Under the pieces are notes generated by a model. It had not been told where the DNA came from and did not search any database. It worked only from the letters and a program-made list of their open reading frames with translations. The position numbers and the translations under genes are program-made. A stretch of 64,000 nt of DNA from positions 256,001-320,000 of the forward strand of contig CAWEWF010000014.1 in assembly GCA_963812605.1 (NCBI GenBank). The letters run 5' to 3'. Positions 50,106 through 60,266 of the stretch are shown piece by piece. Positions within the stretch are counted from its first letter, which is position 1. Each line of letters opens with the position of its first letter. The DNA is from an uncultured Verrucomicrobiae bacterium. Lineage in GTDB: Bacteria > Verrucomicrobiota > Verrucomicrobiia > Palsa-1439.

Positions 50106-52376
50106 ATGAGCGACAATCTACCAGCGGACGTGATCACGTTCGTGAATGCGGCCTTTCCGGCCGACGGCTTGAAAGTGGCGCTTCTTCTGGCCATTCTCAG
50201 TACGTGGGTTGTCATCAGTGTGTTTGCGTATCTCAACCTACAGGCCCGCAAATCCTATTTCCAGTCCTGGGCTGTGGCCTGGCTCTACTATTCCCTGTAT
50301 CTGGCGGCGGCATTCGGATTGGGGGAATGGTCCGGGTTGTCCCTGGTCCAGGCGTTGCGTTCCGCCTGCATTGGTATCAGTGCCCTGTGCCTGCTCTGGG
50401 GAAGTTTTCAATTGACCGGCCAGAAGCGCACCAATCGCGAACTCGGGCTGGGACTGGCGGTAATACTCGTCTGGAGTTGCGTCGCTGTCTACCAATTGCT
50501 GAACCGCCTCTGGATCACCATGCCCGTGTTTTTGTTCCTGGCGATCGCGAGTGGCTACGCGGGCGTGGTCAGCCGAAAACAATGTCCGCGCGGTGCAAAA
50601 TTATTGACGACCGGTTTCTTGCTGTGGCCCCTGCCATTGCTGACTTTCCCCTTCCATAATTCCGCGTGGCCCGGTTTGATGACGGCGGCTTATCTCGCGT
50701 CAGCGGCGCTTGCCTTGTGTATCGCGATGGGAATGTTCATCCTGACACTGGAAGAAGCGCGGACGCGCAACGAGACGTTGACCAACGAACTCAATACGGG
50801 CGCCGCCCATCGCCGCTTGCTCGAGCAGGAGATCAGCGTTTCCGAACAGAAGTATCGGCTGCTTTTTGATTCGGCCAGCGATGCCATCTTCCTGGTGGAT
50901 CTCGCGAGCCTGGACATCGTGGAAGCCAATCCCGCCGCGACGGAATTGGCGGGACGCGCCGCCGACAAGCTCATCGGGCGCTCGCTCCAGGATCTTTGCC
51001 CGAAATTACAGCCGCGCAGCGCGAGTCTCCTGGAAAATAAAAAAGTTGTGGAACGATTGTTCGACAGCGCGGGCGAGTTTCATCTCGTGCGGGGGCAGGG
51101 CGAGCAAATGCTTTGCGAAGGCAGCGCCACGCTCGTGGATTACCATCAGCGGGCCGTGATGCAAATGAATGCCCGCGAAATCACCGGGCGCAAGAAAATG
51201 GAGCAACAGTTGCGGCAGGCGGAAAAACTTTCGGCGCTCGGGCAATTGGTCGCGGGCGTCGCGCACGAATTGAACAATCCGCTCGCCGTGGTGATGGGCT
51301 ACGCGCAAATCCTGTCAAAATACAAGGCCATCGACGAAAAGGTGCGCAAGGATTTGCTGAAGATCCTTCGCGAGAGCGAGCGCGCCGCGAAGATTGTCCG
51401 CAACCTGCTGACCTTTGCGCGCCCGCGTGAGCCGCACATGTCCGTCATTGATGTAAATCGCCTGGTCGGCGAGGCCTTGGAAACCCGTGAAATCCAGGTC
51501 CACAGCGCGAATGTCCAGGTGCTGCGGCGGCTCGCGCCCGACCTGCCGGTGACGAATGCAGATGCCGACCAGATTGAGCAGGTACTGGCCAACCTGATGA
51601 CCAATGCGATCCAAGCGCTGGACAACCATCTTGGCAAACGCGTGATAGAGGTGACGACGGAGAAGCGGGGCGACAAGATTCGCATTGCCGTGGCCGACAG
51701 CGGTCCCGGTATTCCGCTGCAAATTCTCGACCGGATTTTTGATCCATTTTTTACGACCAAGGGGCCGGGGAAGGGGACCGGCCTGGGCCTGTCAATTTGC
51801 TACAGCATTATGGAAGAGCACAAAGGCAAGATCTGGGTCGAGAGCGAAGTCGGCAAAGGCGCGCGGTTCATCGCCGAATTGCCGGTGGTGATCTGTCACG
51901 ATTCAGTGAATGGAGGAGACAACGCGGGAGACGAGCGCGAATTGGATCCCGAGGCGCCGCAACGCCGGCTGTTGATCGTGGACGATGAGCCGGGCATTGT
52001 CGAGGTATTGCAGGAAGTACTCGCGAACAGTGGCTATCGCATCGAAACCGCGTCCAATGGCGCGAAGGCACTCAATCGTATTGCGTCCCAGGAATACGAT
52101 CTCATTATTTCCGACCTCTGCATGCCCGAAATGAGCGGCGAAAGGCTTCACGCTGCCATCCGCGAACATTATCCGCACATGTTGGATCGCATCATCTTCG
52201 TGACCGGCGACACCGTGAGCCCGGGTTCACGAACTTTCCTGGAACAAACCGGCGCGCGCTGGCTGAGCAAGCCGTTCAACATTTCTGAAATTGAGCGGAT
52301 CGTACGCAGTTACCTGCGCACCGAGCCTGTCAAAGCGGCCCGCAAAGGCGACGCCCGGGCAGCAGCGGTCGTGTAA
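50106..52376 (+). CDS. Hybrid sensor histidine kinase (about 7 TM, PAS, HisKA/HATPase, receiver)
   Basis: [47 protein letters not shown]. Confidence 0.95.
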   Translation: MSDNLPADVITFVNAAFPADGLKVALLLAILSTWVVISVFAYLNLQARKSYFQSWAVAWLYYSLYLAAAFGLGEWSGLSLVQALRSACIGISALCLLWGSFQLTGQKRTNRELGLGLAVILVWSCVAVYQLLNRLWITMPVFLFLAIASGYAGVVSRKQCPRGAKLLTTGFLLWPLPLLTFPFHNSAWPGLMTAAYLASAALALCIAMGMFILTLEEARTRNETLTNELNTGAAHRRLLEQEISVSEQKYRLLFDSASDAIFLVDLASLDIVEANPAATELAGRAADKLIGRSLQDLCPKLQPRSASLLENKKVVERLFDSAGEFHLVRGQGEQMLCEGSATLVDYHQRAVMQMNAREITGRKKMEQQLRQAEKLSALGQLVAGVAHELNNPLAVVMGYAQILSKYKAIDEKVRKDLLKILRESERAAKIVRNLLTFARPREPHMSVIDVNRLVGEALETREIQVHSANVQVLRRLAPDLPVTNADADQIEQVLANLMTNAIQALDNHLGKRVIEVTTEKRGDKIRIAVADSGPGIPLQILDRIFDPFFTTKGPGKGTGLGLSICYSIMEEHKGKIWVESEVGKGARFIAELPVVICHDSVNGGDNAGDERELDPEAPQRRLLIVDDEPGIVEVLQEVLANSGYRIETASNGAKALNRIASQEYDLIISDLCMPEMSGERLHAAIREHYPHMLDRIIFVTGDTVSPGSRTFLEQTGARWLSKPFNISEIERIVRSYLRTEPVKAARKGDARAAAVV

Positions 52377-52420
52377 CCAGGAATCCTGCAGGCGATCAGG
52401 GAATCTGGAGGATTCCCGCC

Positions 52421-52591
52421 TTACAAACGCTCGCCGGTGGACTGGGAATCAATGACTGACTTGAGGCCCGTAAAAATGGCCCTGGAACAGTAGTCGTTGA
52501 TCGCGCGCGCATTGGTGATCGCGATGAGGACTGTGGCAGCGATCAGCGCAAGACCGACCCGTAATGATCTCTTCTTGTTTTCTTTCGACAT
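52421..52591 (-). CDS. Small hypothetical protein (56 aa) with signal/TM segment
   Basis: AGGAGG RBS; MSKENKKRSLRVGLALIAATVLIAITNARAINDY...GERL*; below the ORF-track cutoff. Confidence 0.5.
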   Translation of the reverse strand: MSKENKKRSLRVGLALIAATVLIAITNARAINDYCSRAIFTGLKSVIDSQSTGERL

Positions 52592-52827
52592 ACCCTAACC
52601 TCCTGAATGTGCTTTGTCCCTTTTCCCGTCGCCCTGGCAATGGGACCTTGCCCGGCGCGTGAGCTGGATCAGTTCTCACGACCCATGTATTACGACAAGG
52701 AGCACTCCCGGCACAATCGGTGGGAAGACGGCTTTCTAGTAGGTGATTTGCCGAGAGGGGATGGGAACGGAGCCGAGAGGAAGGCGGAAGGAACACGCAA
52801 CATCTCTGCCAGCAACACCGGCAGAGA

Positions 52828-53239
52828 TCATGACGATTTTGTTCTACGAAAGATTCCCACCAAACCGCCGCCGAATATCAGTATTGCCGTGCCAAGCAGC
52901 GGATGTCCTTCCGGGTGCCGGATCGAATGTTTCAAATATTCCGCAGGATCAATCAGAAAGGCCACAAGATTGCCGATCACGCCGAAGGCTGGCCAAAGAA
53001 AGATAGGCCCCCCACAAGAGGAGTATGACCCAGCGCCGCCGCCGCGAGATAATGTCTTGATAACGGCTCTGTGCTCGAAGGATCTCGGCCTTCGCTGCGT
53101 CCCATTTCAGACCGGCCCGTTGGCACACCAAAACCACCAGTTCTTCGGGACGCCGTCCGTCACCAAGTTGCTTGACGATTTCCCTTTCGAACTCTCGATC
53201 CAACACCGGGCATTCCCCCAGCGTGATCGCGCCGGCCAT
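52828..53239 (-). CDS. Hypothetical membrane protein (frameshift near 52990)
   Basis: REIVKQLGDG...LVCQRAGLKW; a shifted frame continues FGVIGNLVAFLI...GGGLVGIFRRTKSS*. Confidence 0.5.
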
Positions 53240-53282
53240 CAACGGTCACGAGTGAGGAATCGTGCCGGCTACCACAAGTTGC

Positions 53283-53648
53283 TTACTTCGCGCCTTCGTT
53301 CATCTCCCAGAGCGCGAACACGTTGTTCTCTGTGTCCTGGCAGACGGCGAAGTAACCCATTTGTGGCACCGCTGTCTTGGGCATAAAAACTTTCCCGCCG
53401 AGTTTCTGGACCTTGGCGGTGTATTCATCCACCGACGGCACGCTGATGTAGTTGGTAATGCCCTGGTGTGGGTCCTGCCGCTTCATGATCGCGCCGTCGG
53501 GCGAGTCGTTACTGCCGCCCGTGTCCATGTGCCAGTATTCCTTCGGCCCCGGCATCTTGTCCATTTTCCAGCCGAACAACGACCCGTAAAACGTCTTTGC
53601 CCGCTCCACATTGTCCGCTCCGATATCAAACCATACGATGCTCGCCAT
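53283..53648 (-). CDS. VOC/glyoxalase family protein
   Basis: IVWFDI, AKTFYGSLFGW, YISVPSVD, GYFAVCQDTENN; AAGGAGG RBS. Confidence 0.9.
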   Translation of the reverse strand: MASIVWFDIGADNVERAKTFYGSLFGWKMDKMPGPKEYWHMDTGGSNDSPDGAIMKRQDPHQGITNYISVPSVDEYTAKVQKLGGKVFMPKTAVPQMGYFAVCQDTENNVFALWEMNEGAK

Positions 53649-54023
53649 ACCGTCGCCTCCTTTTCCGTGAAAAAGTTGTGGTTCCAGTTCTGCTTCGATT
53701 ATACGACAACCCATCGAAAACGTCTGGGAAAAAAGTGGCATTATCACCAATCCAAAAGCGGGCCTTCGACCAGGATTTTTTCCGAGGGGAAATCAAGACG
53801 GGGGATAAGGTGAAACTCAGGATGACACCACATCGTTCCGTGGTATTCTCCTTGAATGGCACACTTGTGAAGTCGCGCCCGGTTATTTTATGCATGGCTG
53901 CAGGAGTATTTGATTTGCAATCTGCATAGGAGAACAGTCATGCTTGGCTCACGGTGCGCATGAATTGCTGATGCCCATGAATTCACGAAGGACAATTCCT
54001 ATATACGGCGGCAACCCTGCTCA

Positions 54024-55268
54024 ATGAAACGTCTTCTGAGACTGGCGAGGACGTTCATTGGGGGCGGCGCTGGATCACTCTGGTTTGTTTCGGTCTTCCT
54101 CATGGCAAACGTGGCCTCCGTTCGGGCGCAGGATGTCACGGCCGTCTTCCCTGCGCCATCCGGACCTCTCACCGCGGGCGGTCGGGGCAGTCTTTGGCTC
54201 TACTGCATGAACAATTCATCCAATTCTATCCATCGAACTTTCGCCCCGAGTCTTAACTGCACACTTACGGCACAATCCATCTCGCTGGAAACAGTTCTCC
54301 TCTTAAACACCAACAGCAGTCCACTGGCGGCAACGATTCCGCCCGGCGGCTTCGTTAAAGAGGAATACCTGTTGGACCTTCCGTTAACCAGCAGTGGTCA
54401 GGTCACACTCGATATAGACAACTATAATCAAGTGCTGATTCTGGTGGGGCAGGGCGTTGTCGCGCCAGTCGTGGCCACGGATCTGCCGCCCACCTCAACC
54501 TCAACGCAAGCAGCACCCCCGACGGCTTCCAATTCCGACACGCGGGAGTTTTTCGCCAGTCATCTGTTCTTTTACGAGCCGATTTACTTCATTGCCGGCA
54601 CCACCCCCGCTGCTGAATTTCAGGTTAGCGTGAAATACAAGGTCCTTGACTTCAAGGACAACTGGAATCCTCTCACGCATTTCTACTTTGCCTATACGCA
54701 AACTTCGTTTTGGAACGCCTTCTCGAAGAATCCGTCCTTCTTCGACACCAGTTACAAACCGTCGATGTTCCTTTATTATCCTGACCTTTTTCAGAAGGGC
54801 TTCTTTCAACTCGACCTGCAAGGCGGTGTCGAACATGAATCGAATGGCCGTGGCGGCACCCTGGAGCGCAGCTTCAATACGTTTTATCTCCAGCCCAAGG
54901 CCACGTTTGACCTGCCCTGGAATTTACAGTTCTCCCTTCAACCGCGCGCGTGGGTCTACTTCCGCGTGGGCGACAACAATCCGGATATTGCCGACTTCCG
55001 CGGGTATGCCGATCTGATCAGCGCCCTGACCTGGCTCGATCCAAATTCCGGGGAGAGAATCCAGGTGTCCAATAAACTCCTCGTCGGCGATGAAGGCTCG
55101 CATGTCGGCCTGCTGTTCGATTTGCGATTTAATCTGGTTGGTTTGCCGGTCTTGCGTAAGTTCAACCCGTCAATTCAAGTGCAATACTTCACCGGCTTTG
55201 GCCAAAACTTGCTGGACTACAACGTAAGCACCCACGCCTTCCGTGCCGGCTTGTGCCTCTTTTATTGA
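54024..55268 (+). CDS. pldA: Outer membrane phospholipase A with N-terminal extension
   Basis: YEPIYF, FQVSVKY, YFAYTQTSFW, catalytic EHESNG, QYFTGFGQNLLDYN. Confidence 0.85.
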   Translation: MKRLLRLARTFIGGGAGSLWFVSVFLMANVASVRAQDVTAVFPAPSGPLTAGGRGSLWLYCMNNSSNSIHRTFAPSLNCTLTAQSISLETVLLLNTNSSPLAATIPPGGFVKEEYLLDLPLTSSGQVTLDIDNYNQVLILVGQGVVAPVVATDLPPTSTSTQAAPPTASNSDTREFFASHLFFYEPIYFIAGTTPAAEFQVSVKYKVLDFKDNWNPLTHFYFAYTQTSFWNAFSKNPSFFDTSYKPSMFLYYPDLFQKGFFQLDLQGGVEHESNGRGGTLERSFNTFYLQPKATFDLPWNLQFSLQPRAWVYFRVGDNNPDIADFRGYADLISALTWLDPNSGERIQVSNKLLVGDEGSHVGLLFDLRFNLVGLPVLRKFNPSIQVQYFTGFGQNLLDYNVSTHAFRAGLCLFY

Positions 55269-55369
55269 GTCTGCGACAACACAAGAATGGCACCCATTCA
55301 AACGCCAGCAAGGCCGCGGTTCGCCTTTTCGCGAGCACTTGAACGGTTCAACTTGGAGTGCCAAATTCA

Positions 55370-55670
55370 TAAAATCGAACCCACTTTCTGATGAAAACGA
55401 CCCAAAAAACACCCCTGCGGTGGGTTCGTTTTCCAAAACGAACCCACCTGCAAACCGGCCCTGCAAACGACATAAGTAACTGACAATACCGGTGATACAC
55501 AAAAAACAGTCCGCCGAACCGGTGGGTTCGTTTCGCAGAATCGTATAGGGGCCCCCAAGCTGCGTACAGCGGCTTGGTCGCGCCGTCTTGTTCGCCATCT
55601 CGTCCGTAGTAGCCTTGGCGAAGACGGAAGCTCGAAGTGCGATGGCGGAAGCCTTGGCGAAGAAGGAACC
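55370..55670. repeat. Intergenic repeat cluster (AAAACGAACCCAC direct/inverted motifs; GCCTTGGCGAAG repeats)
   Basis: ggtgggttcgtttt cc aaaacgaacccacc palindrome with further copies; gccttggcgaaga twice at ~55611 and ~55651. Confidence 0.65.
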
Positions 55671-55935
55671 GTCCTCGCGAAGTGGGCTCCGTCATTCACG
55701 CTCGCACCATACCCCACGCCATCACGCGTGTCCAGCAAAAATATCAATTACCGATATACGGGTGAGCTTGTCCGCCACCACATACACCAGCGCACCGCCG
55801 AAAGCCGATGAAGTGGTGCGTGGCATTGAGTCGGCCCGGGGAAGGCTCTGGCCATCCGCGCCGCCCTAACTAGAATCCTTCGCGGCTGCGGAATCGTTTC
55901 CCGCTGACCGTCATCGAAAGTGGTGGAGGAATACG

Positions 55936-56706
55936 ATGGCAAACGATGCGCCGACAAAAAAGCTCACGAACAAGGTTGCGGTGATCACAGGTGGCAACAG
56001 CGGCCTCGGTTTGGCCACGGCCAAGCGCTTCGTTGCAGAAGGCGCGCACGTCTTTATCACGGGTCGCCGTCAACCGGAACTGGACGCTGCCGTGAAAGAG
56101 ATTGGCCGCAATGTCACCGCGGTGCGCGGTGACATCTCCAATCTCGCGGACCTTGACCGGCTCTTCGGGACAATCAAGGAGCAAAAAGGCCGGCTCGACG
56201 TGCTCTTTGCCAACGCCGGCCTCGGCGAGTTTATGCCGCTGGGGCAGATCACGGAAGCGCACTTCGACAAAACATTCGGTGTCAACGTGAAGGGCACGCT
56301 CTTTACCGTGCAGAAGGCGCTGCCACTGATGCCCGAGGGCGCGACCATCGTGATCAACGGGTCGATGGTCTCGATCAAGGGCTTCCCGGCCTTCGGCGTT
56401 TATGCCGCAACCAAGGCGGCGTTGCGCTCGTTCGCGCGGACCTGGTCGGTCGATCTGAAAGACCACAAAATCCGCGTGAACGTCGTCAGTCCCGGCACCA
56501 TCATCACGCCCGGCTACAAGAACGAACTGGGCCTGAGCGACGAGCAGATCGAGCAGTTCAAGGCGCAGACCGCCGCCACCACGCCAGCGGGCCGCGTCGG
56601 CACACCCGATGAGATCGCCAAGGCGGTCGTCTTCCTCGCGTCCGACGACAGCAGCTATATCAACGGCATCGAACTCTTCGTGGATGGCGGTGCGGCGCAG
56701 ATCTAA
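55936..56706 (+). CDS. SDR family oxidoreductase
   Basis: [28 protein letters not shown]. Confidence 0.95.
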   Translation: MANDAPTKKLTNKVAVITGGNSGLGLATAKRFVAEGAHVFITGRRQPELDAAVKEIGRNVTAVRGDISNLADLDRLFGTIKEQKGRLDVLFANAGLGEFMPLGQITEAHFDKTFGVNVKGTLFTVQKALPLMPEGATIVINGSMVSIKGFPAFGVYAATKAALRSFARTWSVDLKDHKIRVNVVSPGTIITPGYKNELGLSDEQIEQFKAQTAATTPAGRVGTPDEIAKAVVFLASDDSSYINGIELFVDGGAAQI

Positions 56707-56709
56707 ACA

Positions 56710-56738
56710 CGGTGTAGCCGCGCCTCTGTGAGGCGCGT
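56710..56738. repeat. Single GTAG REP between convergent genes
   Basis: cggtgtagccgcgcctctgtgaggcgcgt, identical to the core of the 6091-6258 array. Confidence 0.85.
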
Positions 56739-56782
56739 ACTCTTCGTGGATAGCGGCGTGGGGCAAATCTAAACGGGAATCG

Positions 56783-58243
56783 CTAGGTACGACGCGTTGG
56801 TTTCGTCAGGGCCAGGACCAATCCAGTCCAGAGCGCCAGGGCCAACGTGAGCAAGGGAATTACCCACGTCGGTAGCAGAGAGTGTATTTCGGCAAGACTG
56901 CATCCATGCGCGGTCGCCATCCATACGTCCAGGCGCAGGTTCAAGATCACCAAGACTGCTCCCCAAGCCAAGGTTAGGTGACCGGCGACGGCTCGCATGG
57001 CCGCGATTCCGGTTAGTTTCCGAAGACTGAAGAACTTCCAGAAACCCAGCCCGACCATTAATCCTGTAATGATTCCGGCTGAGCCCAGGTCATGCACCTG
57101 CCAGGCCACCCAGACCAGCCACGAAAAAAAGGCCAGATAGGTGCCGGCCAACACCATCGCGCTTGTGCCTGACGTTAACGGTACTGCGGCGGGCCGGGGA
57201 ATTTCGACGGTTTTCTCGCTCTCGCGACGGATAGCCAGAAGCCGACGCATCATCACAATGGTCAATGTGGCTGCAAAGACAGTGTAGAACCACCAGTAGC
57301 CCGCCATCGCCAGAAAGAACGTCCGGTCACTCCACTGCAAATGCTGGCGCAGGGCATTCATGACAAACTGCCCGATGACGCCCCAGACCAGCACGAAAAC
57401 CCAAAGAGTGGTGAACGCAATCTTTTTGACCCGGCGTTCGGCTTCGGTCGGGGACGCGCGAACGACCAACCAATGGGCCGTGATTCCGCCAACGATGCCG
57501 ATGAGGGGCGCGAGCCATGCGCCCCAAAAACCCAACTTCGCCGCTGCGGAGCCCTTCGCGGTCGCGCCGGCGGTTGCGGTGGCCACCGAAACCGTTGTCA
57601 GTGGCAGCGCCGCCAGCACGGCGCCCGAAAATGCCTGGCCCGGCGCCGTCCGGCTCAAGGTTCCTTCCACGAACGCGATCACTTCTTCGTGCAGCAGCTT
57701 TCGGCCGCGCGAAAGCCGTTGCTTCACGGCATCCTCGCTCAATTCCAACTCCGCCGCGACGCGTTCGACCGACTGTTGTTCGCGGTAAAACAGAATCAAG
57801 GGCTCACGGTACGCATCGGGAATCTGTTCCAGCGCGCGCCAGAGAATCGCCTCTTCCTCACGGCTGACGGCTTGCGCCGACGGTGAGGGATCGGGGGATG
57901 GGAATTCCTGAATCGCCTCCTCGGATTCCGCGGCGTGAATGGGCTCACGGCCCTGTCGGCGGAGTTGTTTGCCGACCAGGAAACGAGTGATTCCACACAA
58001 CCAGGCGCGGAGTTGCGCGGGCTCGCGCAGTTCGGAAAGCTGCTTCCACGCCGCAACAAAGGTTTCCTGGGCGAGGTCTTCGCTCAGGGTCAGGCTGCCC
58101 GTCGCATTGTAGGTGATCGAGCAGACCAGGGATTGATACCGCTCGACGATCTTCCGAAAGGCGTCGCGGTCGCCTGTCAGGCTCCATTCCACCAGTTGCA
58201 CGTCGCTGTTCGCTACCGCAGACATTGTTCGGGTTGTCATCAT
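56783..58243 (-). CDS. ECF sigma factor with fused C-terminal multi-TM extension
   Basis: Region 2 EDLAQETF..AW, region 4 YREPLILFY...AVKQRLSRGR, then about six TM helices. Confidence 0.9.
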   Translation of the reverse strand: MMTTRTMSAVANSDVQLVEWSLTGDRDAFRKIVERYQSLVCSITYNATGSLTLSEDLAQETFVAAWKQLSELREPAQLRAWLCGITRFLVGKQLRRQGREPIHAAESEEAIQEFPSPDPSPSAQAVSREEEAILWRALEQIPDAYREPLILFYREQQSVERVAAELELSEDAVKQRLSRGRKLLHEEVIAFVEGTLSRTAPGQAFSGAVLAALPLTTVSVATATAGATAKGSAAAKLGFWGAWLAPLIGIVGGITAHWLVVRASPTEAERRVKKIAFTTLWVFVLVWGVIGQFVMNALRQHLQWSDRTFFLAMAGYWWFYTVFAATLTIVMMRRLLAIRRESEKTVEIPRPAAVPLTSGTSAMVLAGTYLAFFSWLVWVAWQVHDLGSAGIITGLMVGLGFWKFFSLRKLTGIAAMRAVAGHLTLAWGAVLVILNLRLDVWMATAHGCSLAEIHSLLPTWVIPLLTLALALWTGLVLALTKPTRRT

Positions 58244-58558
58244 ATCACCGTATAAGTACCGGGAAAGCCTGAAGAGGTGACAAGAAATGCGTCGAGGCCC
58301 TCCATCCGTAGGCTTAACCGCTCGCCGGGGTCGTGATCTAATAGATTGTTGCTCGGAGAGTGAGTCGATGGCTGGCGTTGCCCGAAGTAGCCCGAACCGA
58401 ACAATGCCCAGGTATGGCGAAATTGCCGGTATGTCAATGGCTCAAGATTATCAACGAAAAACAACCTTTGAAGGCACCCTTTCCGGTAGATGCGGGCATT
58501 TGATCTAACACTTTTGCGTGTCTACCGGGGACGTGTGGCCGTATCCGGTAATATTATG

Positions 58559-58966
58559 TTAGAGGCGTTCTTCAGTTCCCGAAATCTCAAGCTCGATAAC
58601 TGGCTTGAAGCCAGAAGGGAAATGGGGAGAATCCAAGGCTCCGAGCTGAATGCGTTCAAGCACCTCATCCGAAACTGGAGCGTTCGGGAAAAGGGCGCGT
58701 GGATAAAATGTCGGCCCCATGGCCTGGTCAATATGAACGGCCAAGCACATTGTTGCAGAAGCATAATTCACCACAGTCTCCTTTGAAACAAACGGATGAT
58801 CTCCGGGCTGCAAGACACATGAGCAATCTGACCACTCCTTCTTGCTGGTCAGATTTACGTGGATAACTTTCCCTTCGTGCTTTTCGGGGCTGGAAATGAC
58901 CACGTATAGATGGGGCTTACTACTGCTGCTTGGTTGCGCCAGAAAAGTGTCACCCGCATTTGGCAC
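58559..58966 (-). CDS. Putative toxin, PemK/MazF-like fold (PanT candidate)
   Basis: GDTFL...HLYVVIS...VNLTS...GDHPFV..ETVVNY; 3 bp downstream of the Panacea gene. Confidence 0.55.
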   Translation of the reverse strand: MPNAGDTFLAQPSSSSKPHLYVVISSPEKHEGKVIHVNLTSKKEWSDCSCVLQPGDHPFVSKETVVNYASATMCLAVHIDQAMGPTFYPRALFPNAPVSDEVLERIQLGALDSPHFPSGFKPVIELEISGTEERL

Positions 58967-58969
58967 GAC

Positions 58970-59530
58970 CTAGCGCCTGCATTGCAAGAGATTGTTCACA
59001 AAGTTCGCGTTCTCGATTTCGTCGGCTATCTCTTCTGCCTCATCGGGCGACCTGCCAACAGCCGTCAAAATCTCTTGGTAACTGATCTCTTGATGTCCAG
59101 CGCCGGGATTCTGCCACTCTGGAAATGTGTGCGTTACGTCTCGCAGCGTCCACCGCGTGTACTTTCCGTAGGACTTGAAAATTTCCGTTATCAGGTCAAT
59201 TTCGGCCTGAGAGAGCATTTCCGTCGAGGCGGCCTTTGTTAGCGACAATTCTTTCCCGGCGGTTGGCTCGCTGATGTATTGATGCCAATATGAAGCATCA
59301 TCAGGGCTTTCGTTCACCAAGTCCAAGACACCACTCAAAACCGGGCCGTGTTTCATCGAAAAGTAGGCATCGCCTGTGACTGGGAAACCCCATCGTCGGA
59401 TGGCTTCACGGTCAACGATGTAGAGAAGCTTTATCAGCTTCATGTAGCTCATCTTGTCCCCGCGAAGTGTCAGGAGCAGGGCCGCCGCCTGAGTGGTCTT
59501 TTCCTCGTTGAAATGGGCTTGCACAATCAA
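58970..59530 (-). CDS. Panacea-domain (DUF4065/GepA/SocA-like) antitoxin
   Basis: MKLIKLLYIVDRE...G.PVTGD.YFSMKHGPV, LRDVTH.FPEW. Confidence 0.85.
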   Translation of the reverse strand: MIVQAHFNEEKTTQAAALLLTLRGDKMSYMKLIKLLYIVDREAIRRWGFPVTGDAYFSMKHGPVLSGVLDLVNESPDDASYWHQYISEPTAGKELSLTKAASTEMLSQAEIDLITEIFKSYGKYTRWTLRDVTHTFPEWQNPGAGHQEISYQEILTAVGRSPDEAEEIADEIENANFVNNLLQCRR

Positions 59531-59621
59531 AGTGTAGCACCACCCAATATGAGCCGCAAGGCGCGATTTAGTGTGTATATGTAGTCTATTACGCGCAAAG
59601 GTCTTGAGTCAAAATTAGCCG

Positions 59622-59849
59622 GAACGCACGAATTTGACCGTCAGACGTTTTAACAAGCGGTTTGCTCGCCTAGGTCTTGGCCGGTCAAGGAAACTACAGA
59701 ACCACAAGGCTGCTATCAGCCTGTTTGTGGCCGTGTTCAACTTCTGAAAAGTTCACAACACGCTAGGCACAACACCGGCTCATGGCGCGGAGATCACAGA
59801 CGGGCCGTGGACTGTCGAGAAGCTGATTGAGGAAGCCACAAACTACTAG
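59622..59849 (+). pseudogene. C-terminal remnant of IS1-family transposase
   Basis: ERTNLTVRRFNKRFARL...SRKLQNHKAAISLF...NF*KVHNTLGTTPA..EITDGPWTVEKL; in-frame TGA, N-terminus absent. Confidence 0.8.
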
Positions 59850-59881
59850 GAACTTGCTTCCCAAGGCGCTAGTCTTGGGCC

Positions 59882-60166
59882 ATGAAAATCACCACTACAG
59901 TCGTTTCCGCTGCAATAATAGGCGGCTGTCTTCTTATGGCCGCCATTGTCTATGCTCAGACCGAGAAAAGCACCGCAACCGTAGCAATCTCACAACGGTA
60001 TGTTTTGTTCACTGGTACATATCTCTCGTCCACTGGTGCAGGCGCTGTGTCATTACAGGGAGTTTTCAAGCTCGATGTTTCAACCGGCAGGACATGGGAA
60101 TACGTAGAGGGTTTTGATTCTCAAAAGAAACTGGTGACGAGGTGGGCTCCGATCAGCGAACCCTAG
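59882..60166 (+). CDS. Small secreted hypothetical protein (IS passenger)
   Basis: Signal peptide ending VYA; VFKLDVSTGRTWEY. Confidence 0.6.
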   Translation: MKITTTVVSAAIIGGCLLMAAIVYAQTEKSTATVAISQRYVLFTGTYLSSTGAGAVSLQGVFKLDVSTGRTWEYVEGFDSQKKLVTRWAPISEP

Positions 60167-60266
60167 CGAGTAGCAGCAATCTATTAGCCCACGACCCCTC
60201 CCGGCGCTGTAGATTTTCACGGCTTGCTTCGACGCAGACGGCCCGGTATCATCCGCCGCTACCGCT

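Larger units (their letters stand above)
58329..60196. mobile_element. Non-autonomous IS1-family element with passenger genes
   Basis: TIRs GGTCGTGATCTAATAGATTGTTGCT (58329-58353) and AGCAGCAATCTATTAGCCCACGACC (60172-60196), 22/25 as IR; contains an IS1-like transposase remnant. Confidence 0.8.

Noticed and set aside
4200-53000. Many frameshifts (FN3, sulfatase-like, GH31, GNAT, gatA, pilC, Amuc_1099/1100-like, pepA, 52990 gene) as pseudogenisation, phase variation or programmed frameshifting
   Set aside because: They are mostly single extra bases in short runs, hit essential gatA, and come without in-frame stops or slippery heptamers, so uncorrected long-read errors are the best explanation. 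Read mapping would settle this.
58483-58528. ccggtagatgcg...cgtgtctaccgg as another MITE
   Set aside because: It is short with no target duplication, and is more simply a hairpin or terminator downstream of the TA pair.
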